A stretch of 64,000 bases of DNA from Candidatus Marinacidobacterales bacterium (GTDB lineage: Bacteria; Acidobacteriota; Vicinamibacteria; Marinacidobacterales; DATDRI01): NCBI GenBank assembly GCA_965219415.1, contig CBDCNP010000002.1:2464001-2528000 (forward strand). Reading direction: 5' to 3'. Positions 33,554 through 43,178 of the stretch are shown in pieces. Under the pieces are notes generated by a model. The model was not told the origin of the DNA and searched no databases. It saw only the letters and a program-made list of their open reading frames with translations. Within the stretch, counting starts at the first letter, position 1, and each line of letters starts with the position of its first letter. The translations under genes were made by a program, and so were the position numbers.

Positions 33554-35778
33554 ACGTCTCTGAAAAGGATCTCCTCGAAACCCACAATCTGACCGAGCCC
33601 GAGTATCGGCAGATCGTCAAGAAGCTCGGGCGCGAGCCCAACCTGACGGAGCTCGGCCTCTTCTCGGTGATGTGGTCCGAGCATTGCAGCTACAAGAGCT
33701 CCCGCATGCACTTGAAGCGACTCCCCACCAAAGGACCGCGTGTCCTTCAAGGGCCGGGTGAGAACGCAGGCGTGGTGGATCTGGGTCACGGGCTCGCCGC
33801 GGTCTTCAAGGTCGAGTCCCATAACCACCCCTCCTTTATCGAGCCTTTCCAGGGCGCGGCGACCGGCGTGGGCGGCATCATCCGTGACATCTTTACGATG
33901 GGCGCACGTCCCGTCGCTTTGATGAACTCGCTCCGCTTCGGTCCTCTGTCGGTCCCCAAGAACCGATCTCTGCTAGAAGGGGTTGTCGCGGGCATCGCGT
34001 CCTATGGAAACAGCACCGGCATACCGACCGTCGGCGGCGAAGTGGCTTTCGAGGACTGCTATAACCTCAACCCCTTGGTGAACGCATTTTGTTTGGGGAT
34101 CGCCCCCAAGAATCGCATCTTCTTGGCGCGTGCGGAAGGGCTAGGCAATCCGGTCTTCTATGTCGGCGCCAAAACCGGCAAGGACGGTATCCATGGCGCG
34201 ACCATGGCGTCCGCGGAGTTCGACGAGGCGGCGGAAGAGAAGCGCCCGACCGTTCAGGTCGGAGATCCCTTCATGGAAAAACTTCTCTTCGAGGCTTGCC
34301 TCGAACTAATGGGCACCGATGCGTTGGTCGCGATACAAGATATGGGTGCTGCCGGACTCACCTGCTCGACCTCCGAGCTTGCGACTCGCGGAGGAACCGG
34401 CATCGCGATCGATATCGCCGACGTCCCCCAGCGCGAAAAAGGCATGACCCCATACGAAATCATGCTCTCCGAATCGCAGGAGCGGATGCTTCTTGTCGCC
34501 AAGGCGGGTCGCGAATCGGAAGTCGAGGCCATTTTCGACAAGTGGGACCTACACGCCGTCAAGATTGGAAAGGTCACCAGCGACGAAATGCTCCGGGTGC
34601 GCGATGCCAGACAGGATGGAAAAGAAGTGGCCGTCGTGCCGTGCCGTGCCCTGGTGGAAGACGGCCCGATCTACGAACGGCCCTTGGAACGGCCTTCCTA
34701 TCTCGATGAGACGGCGCAATTGGATTTGAGCAGCGTTCCTGAACCCGAAGACACCGGCGCTGTGCTAGAACGGCTGATCGCCTCTCATGGATTGGCCAAC
34801 AAGCATTGGATCTTCGAGCAGTACGATCACATGGTGCAGAGCAATACCATCGTGATGCCGGGCTCCGACGCCGGCGTCATTCGCCTCAAGGGAACTCCGC
34901 TTGCCCTCTCGATGAGCCTCGACGGAAACGGTCGCTACGCTTATCTCGACCCCTATCTCGGTGGAGCGCTCGCCGTCGCCGAGTCCTGCCGCAACGTATC
35001 CGCGACCGGAGCGACCCCCATCGGCGCCACCAACTGCCTCAACTTCGGAAGCCCGGAGAAACCCGAGGTCATGTGGCAATTCGCTCGCGTCATAGACGGC
35101 ATCACCGATGCTTGCACTGCACTCGGGATTCCCATCACCGGAGGCAACGTCAGCTTCTACAACGAGACCGAGGGGGAAAGTATCTACCCCACTCCGGTAG
35201 TAGGGGCGGTGGGAATACTAGAAGACAAGACATGCCGGGTGAGTCATCATTTCAAGGGCCCCGGAGATTGGATCTACCTCGCGGGCCTAACCACCGACGA
35301 GCTCGGGGGAAGCGAGTACCTCAAGACCATCCACGGCCGGATCCAAGGACTTCCACCACGGCTCGATCTGGATCAAGAAAAGGCGGTGCAAGCCTTCACT
35401 CGAGATGCGGCGGCCCGCAAGTGGCTTCGTTCCGCCCACGATTTGAGTGAAGGCGGGTTGGCGGTGGCGCTCGCAGAGAGCCTCTTTGGTCCCCTCGGTG
35501 AAACGGTCGGAGCCACCGTCTCTTTGGAGTGCCCCGGTCGCGTGGACGCATTACTTTTCAGCGAAGGGACCAGCCGGATTCTGGTGAGCATTGCTCCGGA
35601 CCACGCGGAGGAGCTCGAATCACTCGCGGAACAACATGGCGTGGCCTTGTCTCGCCTGGGAATCACCGGCGGAAATCAACTTCGTGTACAGATAAACGGC
35701 ATCGACGCCATGTCACTCGAGCTTTCCGAGTTGCGGGACGGATGGTGGTCATCCATAGAAAGGGACATGCATCCATGA
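33550..35778 (+). CDS. purL: FGAM synthase subunit PurL
   Basis: [39 protein letters not shown]. Confidence 0.97.
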   Translation: MNVSEKDLLETHNLTEPEYRQIVKKLGREPNLTELGLFSVMWSEHCSYKSSRMHLKRLPTKGPRVLQGPGENAGVVDLGHGLAAVFKVESHNHPSFIEPFQGAATGVGGIIRDIFTMGARPVALMNSLRFGPLSVPKNRSLLEGVVAGIASYGNSTGIPTVGGEVAFEDCYNLNPLVNAFCLGIAPKNRIFLARAEGLGNPVFYVGAKTGKDGIHGATMASAEFDEAAEEKRPTVQVGDPFMEKLLFEACLELMGTDALVAIQDMGAAGLTCSTSELATRGGTGIAIDIADVPQREKGMTPYEIMLSESQERMLLVAKAGRESEVEAIFDKWDLHAVKIGKVTSDEMLRVRDARQDGKEVAVVPCRALVEDGPIYERPLERPSYLDETAQLDLSSVPEPEDTGAVLERLIASHGLANKHWIFEQYDHMVQSNTIVMPGSDAGVIRLKGTPLALSMSLDGNGRYAYLDPYLGGALAVAESCRNVSATGATPIGATNCLNFGSPEKPEVMWQFARVIDGITDACTALGIPITGGNVSFYNETEGESIYPTPVVGAVGILEDKTCRVSHHFKGPGDWIYLAGLTTDELGGSEYLKTIHGRIQGLPPRLDLDQEKAVQAFTRDAAARKWLRSAHDLSEGGLAVALAESLFGPLGETVGATVSLECPGRVDALLFSEGTSRILVSIAPDHAEELESLAEQHGVALSRLGITGGNQLRVQINGIDAMSLELSELRDGWWSSIERDMHP

Positions 35779-37178
35779 AGGATGGTTTCCACGACGAGTG
35801 CGGTGTTTTCGGGATCTTCTCCCACCCCGACGCGGCACGACTCACCTATCTTGGTCTCTACGCGCTCCAGCACCGCGGCCAAGAGGCGGCGGGGATGGTC
35901 AGTTCCGCGCCGGACGGACTTCGCATCAAAAAGGCCAAAGGCTATGTCTCCGATGTTTTCAATGAGCAGGCCATGCAGGAGCTAGAAGGCTCTGCGGCCA
36001 TGGGACACGTCCGCTACTCGACCGCCGGGGAGAACTCCGGCGTCAACGTTCAACCGCTCCTCATCGATTGTAAATTCGGCGAGATCGCGGTGTGCCACAA
36101 CGGAAACCTGGTCAATGACCAGGTCCTAAGAAAGGACCTGGTGGACCGCGGATCCATCTTCCGCACCAACAGCGACACCGAAGTCATCTTGCACCTTTTC
36201 GCGAGATCGGATCAGAAGGGAGTAGAGGACGCTCTCCTAGACGCGCTACGTCCGTTGGAGGGAGCCTTCACCCTGCTCTTCATCACCAAGGAGGCTCTCT
36301 ACGGCGTTCGCGATCCGCGAGGGTTCCGCCCGCTCATTATCGGAAAGCTGGGCGATAGCTACGTTCTGTGCTCCGAGACCTGTGCCCTGGACCTCATCGA
36401 CGCGACCTACGTCAGGGAGGTGGAGCCTGGGGAGCTGGTGGTCATCGACAAGAACGGACTCCGATCGATCCGTCCATTCGCGACTGAACAACCCCGCCAA
36501 TGCGTCTTCGAGCACGTCTACTTCTCCCGGCCGGACAGCGTTGTCTTCGGCCGAAGCGTCCACGTTTCTCGTATCGAGACGGGAAAGCTCTTGGCACAGG
36601 AGACAGCGGTCGATGCCGATGTCGTGGTGCCGGTGCCGGACTCCGGTGTGGTCGCGGCGGTGGGCTACTCGATGGCGTCCGGCCTACCCCTCGAGTTCGG
36701 GCTCATCCGCAACCACTATGTGGGTCGCACGTTCATCGAACCGCATCAATCCATTCGCCATTTCGGCGTCAAAGTGAAGCTCAACCCCGTCCGCTCTGTG
36801 CTCGAAGGACGGAGGGTGGTACTGATCGACGACTCCATCGTGCGGGGAACCACCAGTCAGAAGATCGTGGGGATGGTGCGAAACGCCGGAGCTCGCGAAG
36901 TCCATCTTCGTGTTTCCTCCCCGCCCATCACCGGTCCCTGCTACTACGGAATCGACACCCCGCAGAAGAAAGACCTCATTGCCTCCTCCCATTCCGTCGA
37001 GGAGATCCAAGAATTCCTAGGCGCCGACAGCCTCCGCTACCTCTCCCACGATTCGCTCATGGCCTCGGTCCAAAACGGTGCGGATCAATTCTGCTCCGCT
37101 TGTTTCAACGGCAATTACCCGGTCCCGCTCACCGACGAAGCCCTCGGACAAAGAAAGCTTTTCGAGAAGTCTCGCTAG
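35775..37178 (+). CDS. purF: Amidophosphoribosyltransferase
   Basis: Propeptide MKDGFHDE then [28 protein letters not shown] and Fe-S cysteines. Confidence 0.97.
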   Translation: MKDGFHDECGVFGIFSHPDAARLTYLGLYALQHRGQEAAGMVSSAPDGLRIKKAKGYVSDVFNEQAMQELEGSAAMGHVRYSTAGENSGVNVQPLLIDCKFGEIAVCHNGNLVNDQVLRKDLVDRGSIFRTNSDTEVILHLFARSDQKGVEDALLDALRPLEGAFTLLFITKEALYGVRDPRGFRPLIIGKLGDSYVLCSETCALDLIDATYVREVEPGELVVIDKNGLRSIRPFATEQPRQCVFEHVYFSRPDSVVFGRSVHVSRIETGKLLAQETAVDADVVVPVPDSGVVAAVGYSMASGLPLEFGLIRNHYVGRTFIEPHQSIRHFGVKVKLNPVRSVLEGRRVVLIDDSIVRGTTSQKIVGMVRNAGAREVHLRVSSPPITGPCYYGIDTPQKKDLIASSHSVEEIQEFLGADSLRYLSHDSLMASVQNGADQFCSACFNGNYPVPLTDEALGQRKLFEKSR

Positions 37179-37323
37179 TCGAGCTACTGGCCCTCCCATC
37201 GGCGCGGGTTTGCGACACCGCGGACATCATCGGCAAACTCGCGCAGCACAGCTTTCGTCATCCCTCCAGCAGACACCAGAATCGGACGCCGACTCGCCAT
37301 TAAAGGAGCCTACCCTGAGTCCG

Positions 37324-37442
37324 GGCGCGCAAGGCTGCGCTTCGACGTCGGTGGGCGGAGCTCATCCGGCGGGTGTACGAGGTCGACCCTCTCCTTTGTG
37401 AGCGCTGCGGTGGCCAACTCCGAGTGATCGGCTTCATCACCC
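37324..37442 (+). pseudogene. IS91-like (Y2) transposase C-terminal fragment
   Basis: Translates WAELIRRVYEVDPLLCERCGGQLRVIGFI. Confidence 0.7.
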
Positions 37443-37722
37443 GGACTGTTTCATATATACCGTGCGTGTGGGGAAAGGGATTTCGATGCCATTTTTATTG
37501 AGAGTATTGTAGACCAACTCTGTCATTTCAAGCTTCTTAGCAAACTGCTTGTCGTAGTTATCCACCCATACTCGAGCAGACATATCTAGGGAAAAATCAT
37601 TCATGTTTAAGAACAGTACCCGGGGTCCAGGTTCTCGTGAAGTATCGTCCAATTTGCTAATTGCATCCAAGACAAGCTCTTTGACCCGAGCCACATCACT
37701 GCCGTAAGCCACCCCAAAATTG
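37437..37722 (-). pseudogene. MscS mechanosensitive channel C-terminal fragment (low GC)
   Basis: GVAYGSDV...P.VLF....FSLD...GIEIPFPTR; 5' part replaced by an IS256 end. Confidence 0.8.
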
Positions 37723-38660
37723 GGGATGTCCCGGCCGCTGTTGAATTTGGTCGGGTAGCGGCGGCACCTGTGAATACTCTTAGGCAGCAAACTCATCGCT
37801 GTCAAGAGATTTCTGTTTGCTTCTAAGCGCGTGAACGAGAGCGCCCATATGGCGATAGCCTTTGATACGCCGGAACTTTTTCTGCGCGGTGACGACGCCA
37901 AGAGCGGTCCATCGGCGAACCATGGAAGGACTCTTCCAACGCTTGACGTTTCTCGATACTCTGCGAATGGTTCCGTTGAGATTCTCAATGGCGTTCGTCG
38001 TGGCAAGAGACTGGCGAAGTAAGGCGGGCAGCGCGAGCTTCACGACCGTGAGTGTCTCTTCCATCCCTTCACGAAGGCTTCCGGCAGCTTCGTCGTAGCC
38101 GTTTCGCTCGAGCCACGACACCAATGCCTGAAGTCGCTTGCGCGCCTTGTCGGCACTCTTGCACTTGTAGGCTTCCTTCATCGTCTGGAGCACGTAGGCG
38201 TGACGAGACTTGGGAAGGTACGAGCGAAGATTCCGGAGTTTATGGATCTGGCACCTTTGGATGACCGCGAGGTCCCCCAAAACGTCGACGAGTGCCTTGC
38301 GGATGCCTTTGCCTCCGTCCACTACGCAGAGAATCGACTCATCGACGCGCAAGCCCCGTTCGAGAAGGTCCTGCAACATCGCGGTGCACACCCGAGAGTT
38401 CTCCGTCGAGCCCAGCCATATACCCAGGGGCACCTTCGTTCCATCTATTGTGATACCTAGAGTTACGACGACGGTCTGTCCGGCCACCTCAAGGCCATCC
38501 AGCATCAGTGCCGCAAGCTCGAACTCCTCTAGCCGCCGAGACAGGTATTCCTCGAGCTTCTTAGTCGTCTGGCTCACGAGGTGACGGCTGGCGGCACTCT
38601 TACTCGTGGACTTGACCCGCTTTCGTGGACACCTAATCCTTTGGGAGACAGGAGTCCACG

Positions 38661-38975
38661 ATGTCAAAGCAGGGAAACAGATACGCGGCCGAGTTCCGGC
38701 GCCAAATGGTAGAGCTGGTGCGAGCTGGCCGCGGCTCCGAAGAGCTGGCGCGAGAGTTTGAGCCCTCGGGCCAGACGATCCGGAACTGGGTGAACCAGGC
38801 GGATCTCGACGAGGGTCGCAGGCAGGACGGTCTGACGAGTGAGGAGCGTGCGGAGCTCCGCCGCCTGCGACGGGAGAACCGTCAACTACGGTTGGAGCGA
38901 GAGATCCTCTCAAAAGCCGCGGCCTGGTTCGCTCGGGAGACCGAGTCGGTACCACCGAAGCCTTCCGATTCGTGA
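38661..38975 (+). CDS. IS3 transposase OrfA
   Basis: RYAAEFR...TIRNWV...ELRRLRRENRQLRLEREILSKAAAWF. Confidence 0.9.
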   Translation: MSKQGNRYAAEFRRQMVELVRAGRGSEELAREFEPSGQTIRNWVNQADLDEGRRQDGLTSEERAELRRLRRENRQLRLEREILSKAAAWFARETESVPPKPSDS

Positions 38976-39823
38976 GGGCGAACCAGGATTCACTACCGGT
39001 TGCCACGATGTGCCGACTGCTGGACGTCTCCGCCAGCGGCTACTATGCGTGGCTTGAGCGTGCCCCGTCGGCCCGCGCGGTGTCGGATGCGGAGTTGCTT
39101 GAGAAGATCCGGGCGATTCACACCGCGTCGCGGAGCACGTACGGCGCGCCGAGGATCCTCCACGAGCTACGAGAGACACACGAGCTCCACGTCTCACGCA
39201 AGCGTGTAGCGCGGCTGATGCGCGAGGCTGGCATTCAAGGTGTTCACCGGCGCAAGAGGGCGCACACTACGATTCGCTGTGACGACGCCCGTCCCGCCCC
39301 CGATCTCGTCGACAGGAATTTCGAGGTGGACCGGCCCGACCGCCTGTGGGTCGCCGATATCACCTACGTGCCCACGTGGTCGGGCTTCTTGTTCCTCGCC
39401 GTCGTGCTGGACGCCTTCAGCCGACGCATCGTCGGATGGGCAATGGCTACCCACCTGCGGACGTCGCTCGTCTTGAGCGCCCTCGACATGGCGCTGTTCC
39501 AACGCAAGCCCGGCGACGTCATCCATCACTCGGACCAGGGCACGCAGTACACGTCACTAGCGTTCGGCCAGCGATGCCGGGAGGCCGGGGTGCGACCGTC
39601 GATGGGTTCGGTCGGGGACTGTTACGACAATGCGATGTGCGAGAGCTTCTTCGCGACGCTCGAGTGCGAGCTGATCGAGCGCCGGTCGTTTCGCTACCAC
39701 GCTGAGGCGCGCATGGCGACCTTCGATTTCATCGAAGGCTGGTACAACCCGCGACGACGACACTCCGCCATCGACTATTGCTCGCCTATCCAATTCGAAA
39801 GGAGGTACTATCGCGACGCTTGA
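38972..39823 (+). CDS. IS3 transposase OrfB
   Basis: DDE motifs as in copy 1. Confidence 0.92.
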   Translation: MRANQDSLPVATMCRLLDVSASGYYAWLERAPSARAVSDAELLEKIRAIHTASRSTYGAPRILHELRETHELHVSRKRVARLMREAGIQGVHRRKRAHTTIRCDDARPAPDLVDRNFEVDRPDRLWVADITYVPTWSGFLFLAVVLDAFSRRIVGWAMATHLRTSLVLSALDMALFQRKPGDVIHHSDQGTQYTSLAFGQRCREAGVRPSMGSVGDCYDNAMCESFFATLECELIERRSFRYHAEARMATFDFIEGWYNPRRRHSAIDYCSPIQFERRYYRDA

Positions 39824-39943
39824 TCCCTAACTCTTAACCTGTCCACGAAAGCGGGGTCACTTCACTCGTGCCACGAGACTTCAACTTGGCCGCGGGTTTG
39901 TCCAGACTCGATCGCGGCCACGAAGGCGGAACTGACGGAATGG

Positions 39944-41104
39944 GTGTACGAGCAAGGACTGACAGCTCTGCACCTACTGCTCAGAGAGGACGCCGAGGAG
40001 ATCGCGGGGCTCAAGGGCAAGCACGAGAAGGAGCGAACTCATAACCACTGGGGGAGCACGAACGGAGAGCTGAGCTTCGGTGGTCGTCGCATCCAAGTGT
40101 CGCGACCTCGAGTTCGCTCGAAGTCGGGCGAGGAGGCGTCGCTTCCACACTTCGAAGCCTTCTGCGAAGAAGACCCGCTTCCAGAGCGAGTGTTGAATCA
40201 GATCTTGGTGGGGGTATCGACCCGAAATTACGAATCGAGTCTGGACAAACCCGCGGCCAAGTTGAAGTCTCGTGGCACGAGTAAGAGTGCCGCCAGCCGT
40301 CACCTCGTGAGCCAGACGACTAAGAAGCTCGAGGAATACCTGTCTCGGCGGCTAGAGGAGTTCGAGCTTGCGGCACTGATGCTGGATGGCCTTGAGGTGG
40401 CCGGACAGACCGTCGTCGTAACTCTAGGTATCACAATAGATGGAACGAAGGTGCCCCTGGGTATATGGCTGGGCTCGACGGAGAACTCTCGGGTGTGCAC
40501 CGCGATGTTGCAGGACCTTCTCGAACGGGGCTTGCGCGTCGATGAGTCGATTCTCTGCGTAGTGGACGGAGGCAAAGGCATCCGCAAGGCACTCGTCGAC
40601 GTTTTGGGGGACCTCGCGGTCATCCAAAGGTGCCAGATCCATAAACTCCGGAATCTTCGCTCGTACCTTCCCAAGTCTCGTCACGCCTACGTGCTCCAGA
40701 CGATGAAGGAAGCCTACAAGTGCAAGAGTGCCGACAAGGCGCGCAAGCGACTTCAGGCATTGGTGTCGTGGCTCGAGCGAAACGGCTACGACGAAGCTGC
40801 CGGAAGCCTTCGTGAAGGGATGGAAGAGACACTCACGGTCGTGAAGCTCGCGCTGCCCGCCTTACTTCGCCAGTCTCTTGCCACGACGAACGCCATTGAG
40901 AATCTCAACGGAACCATTCGCAGAGTATCGAGAAACGTCAAGCGTTGGAAGAGTCCTTCCATGGTTCGCCGATGGACCGCTCTTGGCGTCGTCACCGCGC
41001 AGAAAAAGTTCCGGCGTATCAAAGGCTATCGCCATATGGGCGCTCTCGTTCACGCGCTTAGAAGCAAACAGAAATCTCTTGACAGCGATGAGTTTGCTGC
41101 CTAA
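39944..41104 (+). CDS. IS256 family transposase lacking its native 5' end (element ~39912-41161)
   Basis: MLDG, VVDGGKG, QRCQIHK, TTNAIENLN; right TIR ...CGGGACATCCC, no left TIR. Confidence 0.88.
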   Translation: MYEQGLTALHLLLREDAEEIAGLKGKHEKERTHNHWGSTNGELSFGGRRIQVSRPRVRSKSGEEASLPHFEAFCEEDPLPERVLNQILVGVSTRNYESSLDKPAAKLKSRGTSKSAASRHLVSQTTKKLEEYLSRRLEEFELAALMLDGLEVAGQTVVVTLGITIDGTKVPLGIWLGSTENSRVCTAMLQDLLERGLRVDESILCVVDGGKGIRKALVDVLGDLAVIQRCQIHKLRNLRSYLPKSRHAYVLQTMKEAYKCKSADKARKRLQALVSWLERNGYDEAAGSLREGMEETLTVVKLALPALLRQSLATTNAIENLNGTIRRVSRNVKRWKSPSMVRRWTALGVVTAQKKFRRIKGYRHMGALVHALRSKQKSLDSDEFAA

Positions 41105-41265
41105 GAGTATTCACAGGTGCCGCCGCTACCCGACCAAATTCAACAGCGGCCGGGACATCCCCTCGTGTTCAGAGACTACGTCAACGCAGTGACCCTTGAC
41201 GAGGGGTTCTGGCAGGACTTCGTAAACAGTCCGCAGCGTACGAGGCAACTCGAGGCAAACAAAAC

Positions 41266-41431
41266 GGTGCTTCTGCCATTAAGTGTTGGTGAGATGACGC
41301 TAAGACTTCACAGTGCATTAAGTTACAGCCAAAATAGCGCTCGTGACCTTCGCTGCGCGCTAAATAGAGCGTAAGCGACTCTTTTGCAACGGGATACGTA
41401 CACATTACCAACAGTAAACAGCGCAAGCACC
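41266..41431. mobile_element. 166-bp IS1-derived MITE
   Basis: Imperfect TIRs GGTGCTTCTGCCATTAAGTGTTGGT / GGTGCTTGCGCTGTTTACTGTTGGT; halves recur at 171-261, 50081-50150 and 59397-59463. Confidence 0.8.
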
Positions 41432-41540
41432 CTTCTGAACGCCACGCCATTGCTTGAAGAAGAAGGGTACGCGCTCCCGACGGCATTGGCCTCGGATATC
41501 CCTGACCCAGGCCGCCTTGATGGGTCGAGCGCCGGGACCT
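41432..41540 (-). pseudogene. DUF5131 (phage Gp37/Gp68-like) C-terminal fragment
   Basis: GPGARPIKAAWVRDIRGQC...VPFFFKQW.G. Confidence 0.7.
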
Positions 41541-41665
41541 TCTGACGCCCTCAGCGCCTCCGCCGTGCTGTCAGGGATTTCCTGGATGTGTTTGTTTGAC
41601 AGAGTTGCTCTCGGAAGTTTGGCGGAGCGTTGTGGCACAGCATAGAATATCGACGAACCGAAATG

Positions 41666-43038
41666 GAGCTCTTGTCAATAGGGTGTGTAAAAAAGTTCAG
41701 GCAGCAGCAACCTTCGACGACTCCGTTACCCTGTCTCCATCTTCAAATCGAACGCCCAGGTGAACCTCTCGCATCAGCTCCGGTGCGTTGAGCCGGCGAA
41801 AATTCTTCTCCGCAACCAGAAGCAGTTTGAAGATTGTCGCAGTGGCGGACTCGACTTTCTTGAACCTTTTGGCCGCATCCGTTCTCAATCTCAGTGCAGC
41901 GAACGGTGATTCCACGACGTTGCTCGTGCGAAGGTGTTGCCAGTGAGGCTTGGGAAAGGAATAGAAGCTGACCATCCGCTCCCAGTCCTCGTCGAGCACG
42001 TGCGCGGCCCCCGGAAGACCCTTGCGCAAGCACCAATCCTGGAACTTGGCCTTCTTCGTCTCGCACTCCTGCAGGCTGGTGGGGTAGGGGGTCGCCGTCA
42101 ACAGCGGCTTGGCCTGCGCCTGGTCCCTTTTCGGAATCCGGTCCAGTACGTTGAGGATTCGGTGGTTCCAGCACCGCTGCTCCTCAGCTTCTGGAAATAC
42201 GTTTCGGGTCGCGGCCCAGATGTCGAGATGACCGTCACCGATCACCAAACGGGGACATCTCAGACCGCGCTTCTTCAGTCTCCGTAGCAGCGACGACCAT
42301 GACGCTTCGGATTCTCGATGCCCGGCCTCCAGCGTCAGGACGATTTTCGTCCCGTCGGACAGGCCACCAACCGCAACTAGCACCGCCGCCTTGTCCTTCT
42401 CAAGGCCGGCCTTCACGTACACGCCATCTACCCACAGGGACACGAGCTCGAGTTCGTCCAGTGGGCGAGCTAGCCACTGCTCGTACTCTCCCTGCCATTT
42501 CTGTTTCAGCCGCGACACCGTGCTGGGAGAAAGTGGAGCGTCCTCCCCTAGAAGCCCGCGGAGCGCCAGATCGAAATCTCCGTGAGCTAGTCCATGCAGG
42601 TACAGCTCCGGAATCAACTCGCTCACCGTTTCGCTCCGACGCTTGAACAGCGGAAGCACTCGACTTTCGAACCTCTCCTCCACGTCCCCTACTCTCGGCC
42701 GGCGAACCGTCACCGTGCCCACGCTCATCGTCAGCTTCCGAGGCTTACCGTATCCATTTCGATAGCCCGCCGTTGTGTCCACGGGCTTCCGTCTCTCCGA
42801 TTTCTCACGCCCGAGAAGCTCCGTGACTTCGGCTACCATCAGCTCCTGCACCCAATCCTGGATCTTGAGCCTCGCCCACTTCTCCAGCGACTCCCAAGCC
42901 ACCCTTGACGAGCTCCGTCGTTTTGTGGTCTTTTCCTTCATGGCGGTGTCTCCTTCCGTTGGCCCCTTCACGCCGTGTTTCGTGACGCGGAAGGTTACTC
43001 CGCCTTTACTTTATTTCCACACCTTCTGAGGGTAGCTC
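41666..43038 (-). mobile_element. IS256 family element (third type)
   Basis: Imperfect TIRs GAGCTCTTGTCAATAGGGTGTGTAAAAAAG / GAGCTACCCTCAGAAGGTGTGGAAATAAAG. Confidence 0.8.
41697..42941 (-). CDS. IS256 family transposase
   Basis: YRNGYG, WVDGVY, IGDG, QRCWNH, RTSNVVESPF; likely start MKEKTT after the GAAGGAG RBS. Confidence 0.92.
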   Translation of the reverse strand: MKEKTTKRRSSSRVAWESLEKWARLKIQDWVQELMVAEVTELLGREKSERRKPVDTTAGYRNGYGKPRKLTMSVGTVTVRRPRVGDVEERFESRVLPLFKRRSETVSELIPELYLHGLAHGDFDLALRGLLGEDAPLSPSTVSRLKQKWQGEYEQWLARPLDELELVSLWVDGVYVKAGLEKDKAAVLVAVGGLSDGTKIVLTLEAGHRESEASWSSLLRRLKKRGLRCPRLVIGDGHLDIWAATRNVFPEAEEQRCWNHRILNVLDRIPKRDQAQAKPLLTATPYPTSLQECETKKAKFQDWCLRKGLPGAAHVLDEDWERMVSFYSFPKPHWQHLRTSNVVESPFAALRLRTDAAKRFKKVESATATIFKLLLVAEKNFRRLNAPELMREVHLGVRFEDGDRVTESSKVAAA

Positions 43039-43178
43039 TCCCCCCTCCCCCTCCCCTTTCTGGAACCGGGCTGTCAGGAATGCCTATGAGCAAGATCGCC
43101 GTATGGCTCCTTAGCAACCGCCTGGCATAGGCCCGGCTGATCGGCACGCCGGGACGTTTCGGAATAGATTGATGACAG

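Larger units (their letters stand above)
38607..39864 (+). mobile_element. IS3 family element, copy 2 (intact)
   Basis: Same TIRs as copy 1; 4-bp TSD CTCG at 38603-38606 and 39865-39868. Confidence 0.95.
37723..39912 (-). mobile_element. IS256 3' portion (inverted copy of 40234-41161), interrupted by IS3
   Basis: 37723-38606 plus 39865-39912 are the reverse complement of 40234-41161. Confidence 0.9.

Noticed and set aside
37780-39006. 408-aa ORF as a novel fusion transposase
   Set aside because: It is an accidental read-through from antisense IS3 sequence into the truncated IS256 copy.
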